A stretch of 64,000 nucleotides of DNA from an uncultured bacterium (GTDB taxonomy: Bacteria > Actinomycetota > Thermoleophilia > Solirubrobacterales > 70-9), in the NCBI GenBank assembly GCA_963715405.1, contig OY970239.1, positions 430,481-494,480 of the forward strand, given 5' to 3'. Made by a program: the position numbers and the translations under genes. The notes under the pieces were generated by a model that was not told the DNA's origin, did no database searches, and was given only the letters and a program-made list of their open reading frames with translations. Below are positions 36,692 to 45,951 of the stretch, piece by piece; the stretch's first letter is position 1, and every line of letters starts with the position of its first letter.

Positions 36692-37897
36692 ATGGACCTC
36701 GGCTTTGGCGAAGGGCTGCTCCTTTTCGGCCTCCTGCTCTCGGTGGCGGCCGGGCTCTCAGGCGTGATGCGCGGGACCGTGCTCTCGGTCTCCGTTCTGT
36801 CGGTGGGCCTGGGCGTGATCCTTGCTCTCGCCGACGTAGTCACCGTCGACGTCTCGGATCCGAACGTGATCCACCTCGTCGAGCTGGCGCTGATCCTCAC
36901 CCTGTTCGCCGACGGGCTGGTGGTCGAGCGCGAGCTGCTTCGCATGCATTGGGGCCCTGCCGCCCGCGCAATCGTGATCGCGATGCCGCTGACGCTGGGG
37001 CTCCTCGCCGTGATCGGTTTGGTGCTCTTCCCAGAGCTTGCCGTCGCCGAGGCGTTCCTCCTTGCGGCAGTCCTGACGCCGACGGACCCAGTCGTCACGT
37101 CGTCCGTCGTCACCTCCCGGCGCGTGCCCGAGCGGGTCCGCCACACCCTCAATCTCGAATCCGGCCTGAACGACGGCCTCGCGCTCCCATTCGTCCTCTT
37201 CTTCCTGGTCCTGGCGACGCCCGGTGGAGATCCCGGATCGGAGGCTGCGAAGCTCCTTGGCGAGGCGGGGATCGGAGCGTTGATCGGCGTCGCCTTCGGC
37301 ATCATCGGCGGCCGAGTCCACCGGCTCGCCCCGTCGGGCGGGATCACTGCACGCTACGAAGGGATCTTCGCGATCGGCCTCGGACTAGCCGCCTACGGGC
37401 TTGCGGATGCGACGTTCGGCAATGGCCTGATCGCGGCGTTCGTGGCGGGTATCGCGCTGGGCGCGACCGAGCACGAGATCCCCGACCGCTTCATCGACTT
37501 CGCCGAGAACGTCTCGTCGATCTTCCAGGTCCTGACCTTCTTCGTCTTCGGAGCACTGATCGTCGCGACCGGATACGACGCCTCGATTCCGGCGCTCGTC
37601 GCGTTCATCGTCCTCGCACTGCTGGTCGCGCGGCCTGTTGCGCTTTTCATCTCGCTTGCCGGCACCGACTTCGAGCGATCGGAGCGCTCGTTCATGGCCT
37701 GGTTCGGCCCGAAGGGGGTCGCGTCGATGCTCTTCGCGCTGTTCGTGCTCGAGTCAGACGTGGACGACGGCGCCCTCATCTTCAAGATCGCGGCCTTCGT
37801 GATCCTCGCCTCGATCCTTGCCCACGGCCTGACCGACACGGTCGGCGGCAAATGGGTCGAGCGGCGGCTAGGTCGGACCGAGGCGAGCTCGCCCTAG
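36692..37897 (+). CDS. Cation:proton antiporter (CPA1, Na+/H+ exchanger family)
   Basis: 401 aa with about 11 TM segments; LAAVLTPTDPVVTSSV and ESGLNDGLALPFV are conserved Na_H_exchanger motifs. Confidence 0.85.
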   Translation: MDLGFGEGLLLFGLLLSVAAGLSGVMRGTVLSVSVLSVGLGVILALADVVTVDVSDPNVIHLVELALILTLFADGLVVERELLRMHWGPAARAIVIAMPLTLGLLAVIGLVLFPELAVAEAFLLAAVLTPTDPVVTSSVVTSRRVPERVRHTLNLESGLNDGLALPFVLFFLVLATPGGDPGSEAAKLLGEAGIGALIGVAFGIIGGRVHRLAPSGGITARYEGIFAIGLGLAAYGLADATFGNGLIAAFVAGIALGATEHEIPDRFIDFAENVSSIFQVLTFFVFGALIVATGYDASIPALVAFIVLALLVARPVALFISLAGTDFERSERSFMAWFGPKGVASMLFALFVLESDVDDGALIFKIAAFVILASILAHGLTDTVGGKWVERRLGRTEASSP

Positions 37898-38049
37898 GAG
37901 GCAGCGAGGTCCTCGATTACCTCGCGGGCCGTGTCTTCATCGACCTCGGCCTGCTTGGCGTAGAGGTTGATCGCCTCGTCGAGGCGCCCGAACAGGACGA
38001 GCTGCTCGATCTCAGCAGATGGCTTGAGCAGGCCCGAGTCATCGCTCAT
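37894..38049 (-). CDS. Small acidic helical protein coupled to the sdh operon (51 aa, below ORF-track cutoff)
   Basis: The ATG at 38049 overlaps the upstream stop (ATGA). MSDDSGLLKPSAEIEQLVLFGRLDEAINLYAKQAEVDEDTAREVIEDLAAS. It is hidden inside a longer spurious track ORF (37894..38685). Confidence 0.45.
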   Translation of the reverse strand: MSDDSGLLKPSAEIEQLVLFGRLDEAINLYAKQAEVDEDTAREVIEDLAAS

Positions 38050-38942
38050 GCCGCAGCTCCTTCGAGCCGCGCCTCGACCGTATCGGTGGAAGCGATGTGA
38101 CGCGGCATGCCGAGCTCGGCGGGCTCGAAGCCCATGGCGAGGCCTACGAGCTGAGGCAGGTGAAGGACGGCGAGGCCGAGGTCGCGGTTGACCATCTTCG
38201 CCGCCTCGGGCTGCTGGAGGTCCAGGTTCAGGTGGCAGAGCGGGCAGGGCGTGACGAGGCAGTCGGCGCCCTGGTCGATCGCGTCGCCGATGTGCGTTCC
38301 CGCCTGGGTGAGCGACGTCTCCCGGTTCATCGTGATGATCGGGAAACCGCAGCACTTGCGCGAGCCGTCGTAGTCGACGACCGTGCCGCCGAGCGCCTCG
38401 ATCACCTTCTCGAGGTAAAGATCGCGCTCGGGGTAGTCCTCGTAGCCGAGGCGATCCTTCGGGCGCAGGACGTAGCAGCCGTAGAACGGGCCGACGCGAA
38501 GGCCCTCGAGCGGGCGCTTCACCTTGTCGCGAAGCTTGTCGAGGCCGACGTCCTCGACGAGGAGCCAGAGGAAGTTCTTGTTGGTGAAGCCGTCCTTGCC
38601 CGCGACGTACTCGAGGCCCTCGCCCGAGAGCGCCTCGTTGATGTGCTTGCGGTACTCGGCGTTTGCGTCCAGGCGCTCCTGGCACTCGGACTGCGCGCCC
38701 TGGCAGGTCGAGCAGATGTTCATCATCGCGAGGCCCGTCTCCTGGGCGAGCGCGAAGGTGCGCGCGTTCAGCGTGTCGGCGAGCTCCTGGTTGTGCTCGG
38801 CGATGACGCCGGCGCCGCAGCAGTTGGCGCGGTCGAGCGTCACGAGCTCAATCCCGAGCCCCTCGGCGACAAGCGCCATCGAGCCGTGAAGCTCGGTCGT
38901 AAAGCCGCGCGATACGCAGCCTGGCCAATACGCAAGCTTCAT
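38046..38942 (-). CDS. CCG-domain (HdrB/GlpC-like) subunit of a non-classical succinate dehydrogenase/fumarate reductase
   Basis: MKLAYWPGCVSRGF...; two Cys-rich CCG motifs (ANCCGAG and RKCCGFP). It overlaps the sdhB stop by 4 nt. Confidence 0.8.
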   Translation of the reverse strand: MKLAYWPGCVSRGFTTELHGSMALVAEGLGIELVTLDRANCCGAGVIAEHNQELADTLNARTFALAQETGLAMMNICSTCQGAQSECQERLDANAEYRKHINEALSGEGLEYVAGKDGFTNKNFLWLLVEDVGLDKLRDKVKRPLEGLRVGPFYGCYVLRPKDRLGYEDYPERDLYLEKVIEALGGTVVDYDGSRKCCGFPIITMNRETSLTQAGTHIGDAIDQGADCLVTPCPLCHLNLDLQQPEAAKMVNRDLGLAVLHLPQLVGLAMGFEPAELGMPRHIASTDTVEARLEGAAA

Positions 38943-40123
38943 GCCTTCGCCTCCTCGGTGTCTTGTTCAGGTGCCTCTTCGGCCTCGGTCGAATCCTCGT
39001 CGCGCCCGGTGATGTACAGGTTGAGCTGCCACTTCGATTCCTCGGCCCGCTCGTAGATCTTCTCGACGTTTTCTTGCGCATCGCCCGGAAGCTTCGGGTG
39101 GACGCCCGGGATCAGCTTCTTGAGCGAGCGCATCTTGCCGGTCTTGATCCCGCGGATCGCGGTGGGAAGCGACTCGAGCAGGCCCACCACCCCGGCGGGC
39201 TTCATCTTGCCCTTGATTCCGGGGGCCAATGACTCCTGGAGGAGCAGCGACTCGTCGAGCGTCCCCTTCTTCTCGATGATCTTCGTAAAGGCGGCTTCGT
39301 GGTTGTGCCCGTTGTTTCGGTCGACGATCTCTGCCTCGCCGGCGGCGCGCCGGAGTCGCATGATCTGGTTCATCGGATCGACGCCCTTGGGGCAGGCCGT
39401 GATGCAGCTGAAGCAGTGGGTGCAGTCGTAGATGCCGTGCGGGTCCTGGGCGAGGTCGTAGAGCCGCTCATTTGTCTCGACGTCGCGCGGGTCGCCAACG
39501 AAGCGGTATGCCTTGGCGAGCGCGGCGGGCCCGATGAAGTCGGGATCGGCCTCCATGGAAAGGCAGGCTGAGACGCAGGCGCCGCACTGGATGCACGAGA
39601 TCGTCTGCGTGATGTCGACCATGTTCTCGTGGGGCACGATTCGCTCGCGCTCGGGTGGATCGCCGTCGTCAAGGAGCCACGGAGTGACGCGGCGGATCTT
39701 CTCCCAGTGCGTCGCCTCCATGTCGGTGACGAGATCCTTGATCACGGGCATGTTCCCCATGGGCTCGACGACGATCGGGTTCGAAGCGCCATTGGAGGTC
39801 GCTCCCACCTCGGCGCCGCCCCCGTCGCGCGCGCGGCTTTCACTGCGCCGGTTGGCCGCCTCGTCTGCCTCTCCGAGCTGGGTCTTGCAGGCGAGCGCGG
39901 ACTGGCCGTTCACCTTGACGCCGCACGAGCCGCAGATCGCCGCGCGGCATGAGCAGCGCACCGCCAGCGAGCCGTCCTGGCGGTCCTTGGCCTGAAGCAG
40001 GCCGTCGAGGACGGACAGGGTCGGGTCGAGGTCGACCTCGAAGTCCTCCCAGTAGGGACCGGCGGGACCGCGCTCGTCTGTCTCCGGCTTCTGCCTGCGG
40101 ACCCGAAGGGTGTACTCGGCCAT
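38939..40123 (-). CDS. sdhB: Succinate dehydrogenase/fumarate reductase iron-sulfur subunit with long C-terminal extension
   Basis: 2Fe-2S motif CSCRAAICGSCGVKVNG. 4Fe-4S/3Fe-4S motifs CIQCGACVSAC and CTHCFSCITACPKG. At 394 aa it is about 140 aa longer than usual. Confidence 0.85.
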   Translation of the reverse strand: MAEYTLRVRRQKPETDERGPAGPYWEDFEVDLDPTLSVLDGLLQAKDRQDGSLAVRCSCRAAICGSCGVKVNGQSALACKTQLGEADEAANRRSESRARDGGGAEVGATSNGASNPIVVEPMGNMPVIKDLVTDMEATHWEKIRRVTPWLLDDGDPPERERIVPHENMVDITQTISCIQCGACVSACLSMEADPDFIGPAALAKAYRFVGDPRDVETNERLYDLAQDPHGIYDCTHCFSCITACPKGVDPMNQIMRLRRAAGEAEIVDRNNGHNHEAAFTKIIEKKGTLDESLLLQESLAPGIKGKMKPAGVVGLLESLPTAIRGIKTGKMRSLKKLIPGVHPKLPGDAQENVEKIYERAEESKWQLNLYITGRDEDSTEAEEAPEQDTEEAKA

Positions 40124-41811
40124 CAGTAAGTCCTCTCCTGCGGTTGCCAGTCGGTGATCGTGACATCGGAGTACGAGATCTGAGGTTCGTCACCGTTCAT
40201 GGTCAGGTCGATGTGCTTGAGCCACTCGCCGTCGTTCCGCTCGGGGAAGTCGGTGCGGAACTGGGCGCCGCGGCTTTCCTCGCGGTGAAGCGCGCCTAGG
40301 CACGTGCACTCGGCGGAATCGAGCATGAACCCGAGCTCGATTGCCCCCAAGACGTCCTGGTTGAAGATCGTGCCGCGGTCGTCGATGTAGGCGAACTTCG
40401 CCTCCTCCTTGAGGCGCTTCACGACCTCGAGCGCGACCTCGATCGATTCCTTCTCGCGAAAGACGGCCACGTGCTTGTCCATCGTCTGCCCCAGCTCGAG
40501 CTTGATCTCGGAGATGCGCCGGCCCTTGCCGCGCTCGCGGCCCACGATGTCGGCGACCTGCTTCTCCTCGTCGGCGAGGACGGAGCGGGAAGCGACGCCG
40601 TAGTCGATCCGCTTCGCGCGGTTCGCGGCGTGCTCGCCGGCGCGGCGGCCGAAGATGAGCGTGTCGAGGAGGGAGTTGGCGCCGAGGCGGTTGCCGCCGT
40701 GGACGGAGACGCAGGCGCATTCGCCCGCGGCGTAAAGGCCGGCGACGTTGGTGGCGCCGTGGATGTCGGTCTTGACGCCACCCATCGTGTAGTGGTTTCC
40801 GGGCTTGATGTGGATGGGCTCCTGGGTGATGTCCACCCCTGCGAAGTCACGGCCGACGAGGACGATCTCGCGCAGCGCCTCGTGGACGCGCTTCTTCGGA
40901 ACGACCGTGACGTCGAGCGCCACCGTGCCGTCGGGGAATCCGCGCCCCTCGTTGATCTCGGTCTGCTCGGCGCGGGAGACGACGTCTCGCGAGGCAAGCT
41001 CCATCTTGTTCGGCGCGTAACGCTCCATGAAGCGCTCACCCTTGGCGTTAAGGAGATGGGCGCCCTCGCCGCGGGCGCCCTCGGTGATGAGGAAGCCCTT
41101 GCCCGCGAGCGTTGTCGGGTGGTACTGGATCATCTCCATGTCCATGAGGGGCGCGCCGACCCGGTAGGACATCGCGATCCCGTCGCCGGTGCAGATGAGG
41201 GCGTTCGTCGTCGGGCGCCAGATCTGCCCGTTGCCGCCGGTCGCGAGGATCACGTTCTTCGCCTGGAAGAGCTCCATCGAGCCGTCGCGAACGTTTCGTG
41301 TCACGGCGCCGACGCACTCGCCGTCCGAGCCGATCGCGAGCGCGGTGGTGAAGAACTCCTCGTAGCGGTCAACTGTCTCGGAGTGCTTCATGAGCTGCTC
41401 GTAGAGGACGTGCATGATCGCCTGGCCCGTGATGTCAGCTACGTAGTAGGTCCGCGCGGCCGAGGCGCCGCCAAAGGCGCGCGTGCCGAGGTTCCCTTCG
41501 TCGTCGCGGTGGAAGGGCACGCCGAGGTGCTCGAGATGGATGATCTCCTCGGGAGCCTCGCGGCACATGATCTCGATCGCGTCTTGGTCGCCGAGGTAGT
41601 CAGAGCCCTTGATCGTGTCGAACGCGTGCGATTCCCACGAGTCGTCGGGGTTGAGCGCCGCGTTGATCCCGCCCTGCGCGGCGTTCGAATGCGAGCGCAC
41701 GGGGTGGACCTTCGAGATGATCCCCACCGAGACGCCCGCCTGGGCAGCCGCGAGCGCCGCCCGCTGCCCGGCCAACCCTGCTCCTATGACGAGTACGTCG
41801 TGACGAGGCAT
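40123..41811 (-). CDS. sdhA: Succinate dehydrogenase/fumarate reductase flavoprotein subunit
   Basis: [20 protein letters not shown]..., FAD-attachment [18 protein letters not shown] and [10 protein letters not shown] motifs. Confidence 0.9.
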   Translation of the reverse strand: MPRHDVLVIGAGLAGQRAALAAAQAGVSVGIISKVHPVRSHSNAAQGGINAALNPDDSWESHAFDTIKGSDYLGDQDAIEIMCREAPEEIIHLEHLGVPFHRDDEGNLGTRAFGGASAARTYYVADITGQAIMHVLYEQLMKHSETVDRYEEFFTTALAIGSDGECVGAVTRNVRDGSMELFQAKNVILATGGNGQIWRPTTNALICTGDGIAMSYRVGAPLMDMEMIQYHPTTLAGKGFLITEGARGEGAHLLNAKGERFMERYAPNKMELASRDVVSRAEQTEINEGRGFPDGTVALDVTVVPKKRVHEALREIVLVGRDFAGVDITQEPIHIKPGNHYTMGGVKTDIHGATNVAGLYAAGECACVSVHGGNRLGANSLLDTLIFGRRAGEHAANRAKRIDYGVASRSVLADEEKQVADIVGRERGKGRRISEIKLELGQTMDKHVAVFREKESIEVALEVVKRLKEEAKFAYIDDRGTIFNQDVLGAIELGFMLDSAECTCLGALHREESRGAQFRTDFPERNDGEWLKHIDLTMNGDEPQISYSDVTITDWQPQERTY

Positions 41812-41977
41812 GCGCGGCGCGTGACTTTATTCGACGCGCGAGGCGCCAAATCCGACGCTTGCGCTGGGAATCGACAATCTCCATACGTCGCTTGACGCCC
41901 TCAGCGTCCGCTCCGCAGATACTGAGGGCGGCGACGGCGAATCATCGCTCCCCAGTACTCGCAGTTGAGCCCGCCTC

Positions 41978-43165
41978 TTACGTGGCGGGAGGCGGCTCGG
42001 CGAGGGCGTCGCGGAGGGCGCGGCCAACCTGATCGGCCGTGACTATCCCGCGCAGGCGGCCGTCGGAATCTACCGCCGCCAGAGCGCCGAGCCGCCTGAG
42101 AGCGTCGTTCCCCAGCAAGGAGTCGAGCGGCGCGTCGGCTTGGACCTGAAGGCCCGCGTCCGAATCTGCCTCGAGCACGTCGCTGACGAGCCGGGTCGCT
42201 CGGTCCGAATCGGGCACCGCGTCCGCCGCCTCGCGCACGATCAGGCCGAGGAAGCGCTGGGCCGCGTCGGTCACGGGAAACCAGGGCCAGCGATAGCGCA
42301 AGAAGAACTCGTCGAGCGCCCGCTCCACCGTCTCGTCAGCGGCGATCGACACAGGTTCGGAATCCATGACGTCGGCGACGCTTAGGCCTTCGATCCTGCT
42401 CTCGAACTCGGTCCGGCGGACCGTGCCGCGCGCCGCGGAGGCGAGGAGGAAGCCGGTCAGGGCAAGCCAGATTCCAAGCACCACCTCCCCTGCCAGGAGC
42501 AGGAGGATGCCGACCGCGATGAAGAGGTAGGAGAAGCCCTGGCCCGTCGTAGCAGCGAAGCGCGTCGCCTTGTTGCGATCGCCGGTCACCTTCCAGGCCG
42601 CCGCCCTGAGGATGCGGCCCCCGTCGAGCGGAAAGGCGGGGATGAGGTTGAAGACGAGGACGATCACGTTGAGGCTCGCGAGCCACGCGATGACGGCGAG
42701 GATGCCCGAGACGTCAGCGCCGTCCGACACCTGCATCGCCTCGAAGAACTCGCGCTCGGAGCCGGCGAACGCGATCCCGCCGCTGATCGCGGCGACCACG
42801 ATCGCGAGCGTCACCGCCGGGCCTGCCGCGGCGACCCTGAACTCCACGCCGGCCGACTGCGAATCGCGCTGGAGGTGCGCCAGCCCGCCGAAGAGCCAGA
42901 GGGTGATCTCGGAGATGCCGATGCCGTTCCGGACGGCGATGAGCGCATGCCCCAGCTCGTGGAGGACGATCGAGCCGAAGAACGCGAAAGCGCTGAGCAC
43001 CGCCAACCCGTACGGCTCGACAGAGCCGTCGGGCGCCCCCGTGACTTCCGCATAGAAACCCGAGAGCGAGTAGATGATCAGAAAGAGGACGAAGAACCAC
43101 GAGTAGTCGACGGCGATCCGGATCCCGCGGACGCGAAAGAGGGTCAGCGCTCCGCTAGAGGGCAC
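41978..43165 (-). CDS. Site-2 protease (M50) family metalloprotease with C-terminal CBS pair
   Basis: HELGHALIAVRNG zinc motif, NLIPAFPLDGGRIL, and multiple TM helices. A C-terminal CBS-like domain is present (VADVMDSEPVSIAADETVERALDEF). Confidence 0.85.
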   Translation of the reverse strand: MPSSGALTLFRVRGIRIAVDYSWFFVLFLIIYSLSGFYAEVTGAPDGSVEPYGLAVLSAFAFFGSIVLHELGHALIAVRNGIGISEITLWLFGGLAHLQRDSQSAGVEFRVAAAGPAVTLAIVVAAISGGIAFAGSEREFFEAMQVSDGADVSGILAVIAWLASLNVIVLVFNLIPAFPLDGGRILRAAAWKVTGDRNKATRFAATTGQGFSYLFIAVGILLLLAGEVVLGIWLALTGFLLASAARGTVRRTEFESRIEGLSVADVMDSEPVSIAADETVERALDEFFLRYRWPWFPVTDAAQRFLGLIVREAADAVPDSDRATRLVSDVLEADSDAGLQVQADAPLDSLLGNDALRRLGALAAVDSDGRLRGIVTADQVGRALRDALAEPPPAT

Positions 43166-43177
43166 CGCCGGGCTCGC

Positions 43178-44119
43178 TCAGCCGCAGTCGTAGAACGGCT
43201 TGCCGTCCTCGTCAGTCCAGATGAAGACAAGGGTCGCGGGGGCGTTGGCGAGGCCATTGCCCTCGTCCTCGCGTCCTTTGAGCTCGATCTCCAGCGTGTC
43301 GTCCTGTTCGGTGATCGAGGTCACGTCGAAGCCGATGCTCTCGGCCTCCGCTTCGATGGGCGCAAGGTTCTTTTGGTCCGCGTTCGGGATGGCAACCGAG
43401 ATCGAGGCGGTCCCGTCGATGGGATCTTCATAAGTGATCGACTCGACGCAGTCCAAGTTTTCTCCCGACGGAATATCTGCGAAGACCGCAGGCGCATCGA
43501 GGTTGGCGAGGAGCTCGAGCTCTCCGGTCTCGGAGGGCGGCGCGTCACCCGACGCAACGGCACTGACCACTTCGGGGTCGTAGCCCAGGACGATAAAGCC
43601 CTCGCCCGGCGCGATCGCCGTGTATGTGACCTCCTCCGGGTCCCCGTCCGAGGAAAGGACGTCTCCATCGCGCTCCCAGCCGTCCTCCTCAAGCGCCGCA
43701 GCGATCTCCTCGTAAGGCTGGGGGGTCGAAACCAGCGTCACCGCGTTATCCGCCGGATACGGACGCCCGGCGTAAGCCGTAATGAGCGCGTTGTCGAAGG
43801 CGTCTCTGACCGGGTTTGCGACCCGCGCCGACAGGCTGCGCAAGCCGAAGTAGGCGGAAACCCCTAGTCGGTACTCCTGAGGCTCGAGGCCAAGCTCGAG
43901 CGGGTTAGCGTCCGCGGGCTGCCCTGCGGCTTTCTTGGCAGCTGACACGTCGACGGCGGCCGCCTGGGCGAACTTTGCCTCCGGAAGCTTTGCGGCCAGC
44001 TCCTTGGCGCTCAGATCGCCATTCGTGTCAGGGGTGTCGCCGCCGTCGTCGCCGCCACAACCCGCCATCGCGACGAGCGCGATCAGCACGCAAAAAGCGG
44101 ATTTCGTTCGCCTGCCCAC
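43178..44119 (-). CDS. Lipoprotein, function unknown
   Basis: Lipobox MGRRTKSAFCVLIALVAMAGC followed by GGDDGG. The C-terminus is ...FYDCG. It is a paralogue of the disrupted gene at 44958..45947. Confidence 0.6.
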   Translation of the reverse strand: MGRRTKSAFCVLIALVAMAGCGGDDGGDTPDTNGDLSAKELAAKLPEAKFAQAAAVDVSAAKKAAGQPADANPLELGLEPQEYRLGVSAYFGLRSLSARVANPVRDAFDNALITAYAGRPYPADNAVTLVSTPQPYEEIAAALEEDGWERDGDVLSSDGDPEEVTYTAIAPGEGFIVLGYDPEVVSAVASGDAPPSETGELELLANLDAPAVFADIPSGENLDCVESITYEDPIDGTASISVAIPNADQKNLAPIEAEAESIGFDVTSITEQDDTLEIELKGREDEGNGLANAPATLVFIWTDEDGKPFYDCG

Positions 44120-44149
44120 GACTTCAGACGCTAGCGAACTAGATGAGCC

Positions 44150-44947
44150 TCACTCCGGATCCGCGTACTGTGCCTGTTCCTTGGTCATCGCCGCCGTTAC
44201 CGCGGCGATCTGGTTCGGGCTGCCGATCAGGGCACGCTGTAGATCCGCCTCTAGCTTGAGCGCGTTTTCGCTCCGGCTCGTATAGGCGGAGTTGAGGAGC
44301 CGCTTTCCCGAGCGAATCGCGTGCGGGGACTTCGTCGCGATCTCGGCGGCGAGCGCAAGGGCATCGTCGCGCGGGTCTTCGGCGAGCCGTGTGACGAGTC
44401 CAAGCTCGAGCGCCTCGTCCGCGCCGACGGTGCGCCCGGTGAAAACGACCTCCTTCGCCACGTCGAGCGGGACAAGGGTGGGCAGCGCCTGGCTGATGCC
44501 CATGTCCGGAATCAGCCCGTAGTGGATCTCCATCACGCACAGCTTGAGGTCAGGTGCCGAAATGCGGATGTCGGCGCCAAGCGCGATCTGTGCGCCGCCG
44601 CCGAGGCAGTTGCCGTGGATCGCCGCGACCACGGGCATCGGCAGCCGCTGCCAGTCGTACGCGACGCGCTGCGCGATGTTCGCGACCTCGCCGGGGACGT
44701 CCGCGATCATCTCGTCGACTCCGACGTCGCCGGCCATGAAGCTCGGAAAGTCGAGCCCCGAGCAGAAGCTAGGCCCGTCACCGGAGAGCACGACCGCTCG
44801 CACGTCGTTTCGGCTTGCCAGCTCGTCCGTGGCGGCGTCGAGCGCCTGGAACATCGGCCAGTCGAGGGCGTTGTGCTTCGCACTGCGGACGAGCCGCACG
44901 TCGGCGATGCCATCCGAGACGTCGATCGCTACGCGGTCTTCGGGCAC
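44150..44947 (-). CDS. Enoyl-CoA hydratase/isomerase (crotonase) family protein
   Basis: From (V)PEDRVAIDVSDGIADVRLVRSAKHNALD...VVLSGDGPSFCSGLD...AAIHGNCLGGGAQIALGADIRI. GTG at 44947 with AGGA 8 nt upstream. The rest of the 560-aa track ORF is read-through. Confidence 0.8.
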   Translation of the reverse strand: MPEDRVAIDVSDGIADVRLVRSAKHNALDWPMFQALDAATDELASRNDVRAVVLSGDGPSFCSGLDFPSFMAGDVGVDEMIADVPGEVANIAQRVAYDWQRLPMPVVAAIHGNCLGGGAQIALGADIRISAPDLKLCVMEIHYGLIPDMGISQALPTLVPLDVAKEVVFTGRTVGADEALELGLVTRLAEDPRDDALALAAEIATKSPHAIRSGKRLLNSAYTSRSENALKLEADLQRALIGSPNQIAAVTAAMTKEQAQYADPE

Positions 44948-44957
44948 GCCGGCGATC

Positions 44958-45947
44958 CTATTCGGGGCAGTCGTAAGCGCCGGCCGGGCTGGGCAGAGGG
45001 CCGTCAGGATCTGGATGCCCAGGCCCGACCTCGATGACCCGGGAATAGCTGAACAGCTCGTCAATGGGCTCGGGCGCGGCCCCCACGGGCCTCTTGACGT
45101 TGAACGGGACAAGAAGCGCATCGACGAGGACCGAGGTGGTGCCGGTGTCGAGTCCTTTGAGCCGACGTGGGTTGAACCGGTCGGGATCCGGCTTCTCGCC
45201 GGAGACGATGAGGGCCATGATGGCCCCCTTTCCCGTCGCCGACTGCGCCGCAGCGATCGCCTCGATGCATCGTGACTTGCCGAAAGTCGTCGCGACCCGC
45301 ACCGACCCGTTGACCGCGTGAAGGGCTTCCGCGGCGGGCCCAGGCTCCGCGCTCTGCGTGATCCGGCGCAGCGTCTGGATAGCGAGCCGTTTGATCTGGC
45401 GAAGACGACTCGCCCGCCCGCTCCGTCGGCGACTATCTCGGATGCAGCGTTCGGAGTGTTCGGTCCCGCGACGTAGAGCCCATCCTCACGGGAGTATCCG
45501 GTTCGCTCGAGCTTGTCACTATTTCGTTGAAAGGCTCCGCGGTGGAGACGATCGTGAGATCGTCGCTGTTGCTCGTCGCCGCTTGGATCAGCGTGGCGTC
45601 GAGTGGGGACGCGCCTCGAACCCTGAGCTCGGCAGCGTAGAAATCTCGGACGATCGGGAACGCGCGCGAAGCAAGGCCGAACAGCTTCGACTGGGCGCTC
45701 TCCGCGTCGCGAAGAGAAGCGTCGTCCAGCGGGATGGCATCGGCGTCCTCGGGGAGCCCGAGCTCTCTGCGGGCTTCGGCCACATCGACCGTATTGATCA
45801 GTTCCGTGTCTCGCGGGGAGGAAACCGCGCAAGCTCGGCAGGCTCGGTCGCGGCGTTGTCGATTACGAAGTCGTCGCTGCAGGAAGCGAGCGCCGTGACC
45901 GTCAGGGCAAGCCCGAGCGCCATCGAGGCATACCGGGCTCGCCCCAT
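44958..45947 (-). pseudogene. Lipoprotein paralogue of 43178..44119, interrupted by about 3 frameshifts
   Basis: The lipobox MGRARYASMALGLALTVTALASC is in one frame. The continuation (…DTELINTVDVAEARREL…TIVSTAEPFNEIV / …GYSREDGLYVAGPNTPNAASEIVADG… / …GAIMALIVSGEKP…AYDCPE) uses the other frames, with shifts near 45810, 45505 and 45398. Confidence 0.55.
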
Positions 45948-45951
45948 TCGC

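Noticed and set aside
44948-45832. N-terminal 295 codons of the 560-aa track ORF fused to the enoyl-CoA hydratase
   Set aside because: The crotonase domain starts at the GTG at 44947, which has an AGGA upstream. The extension is an out-of-frame read across the disrupted lipoprotein gene.
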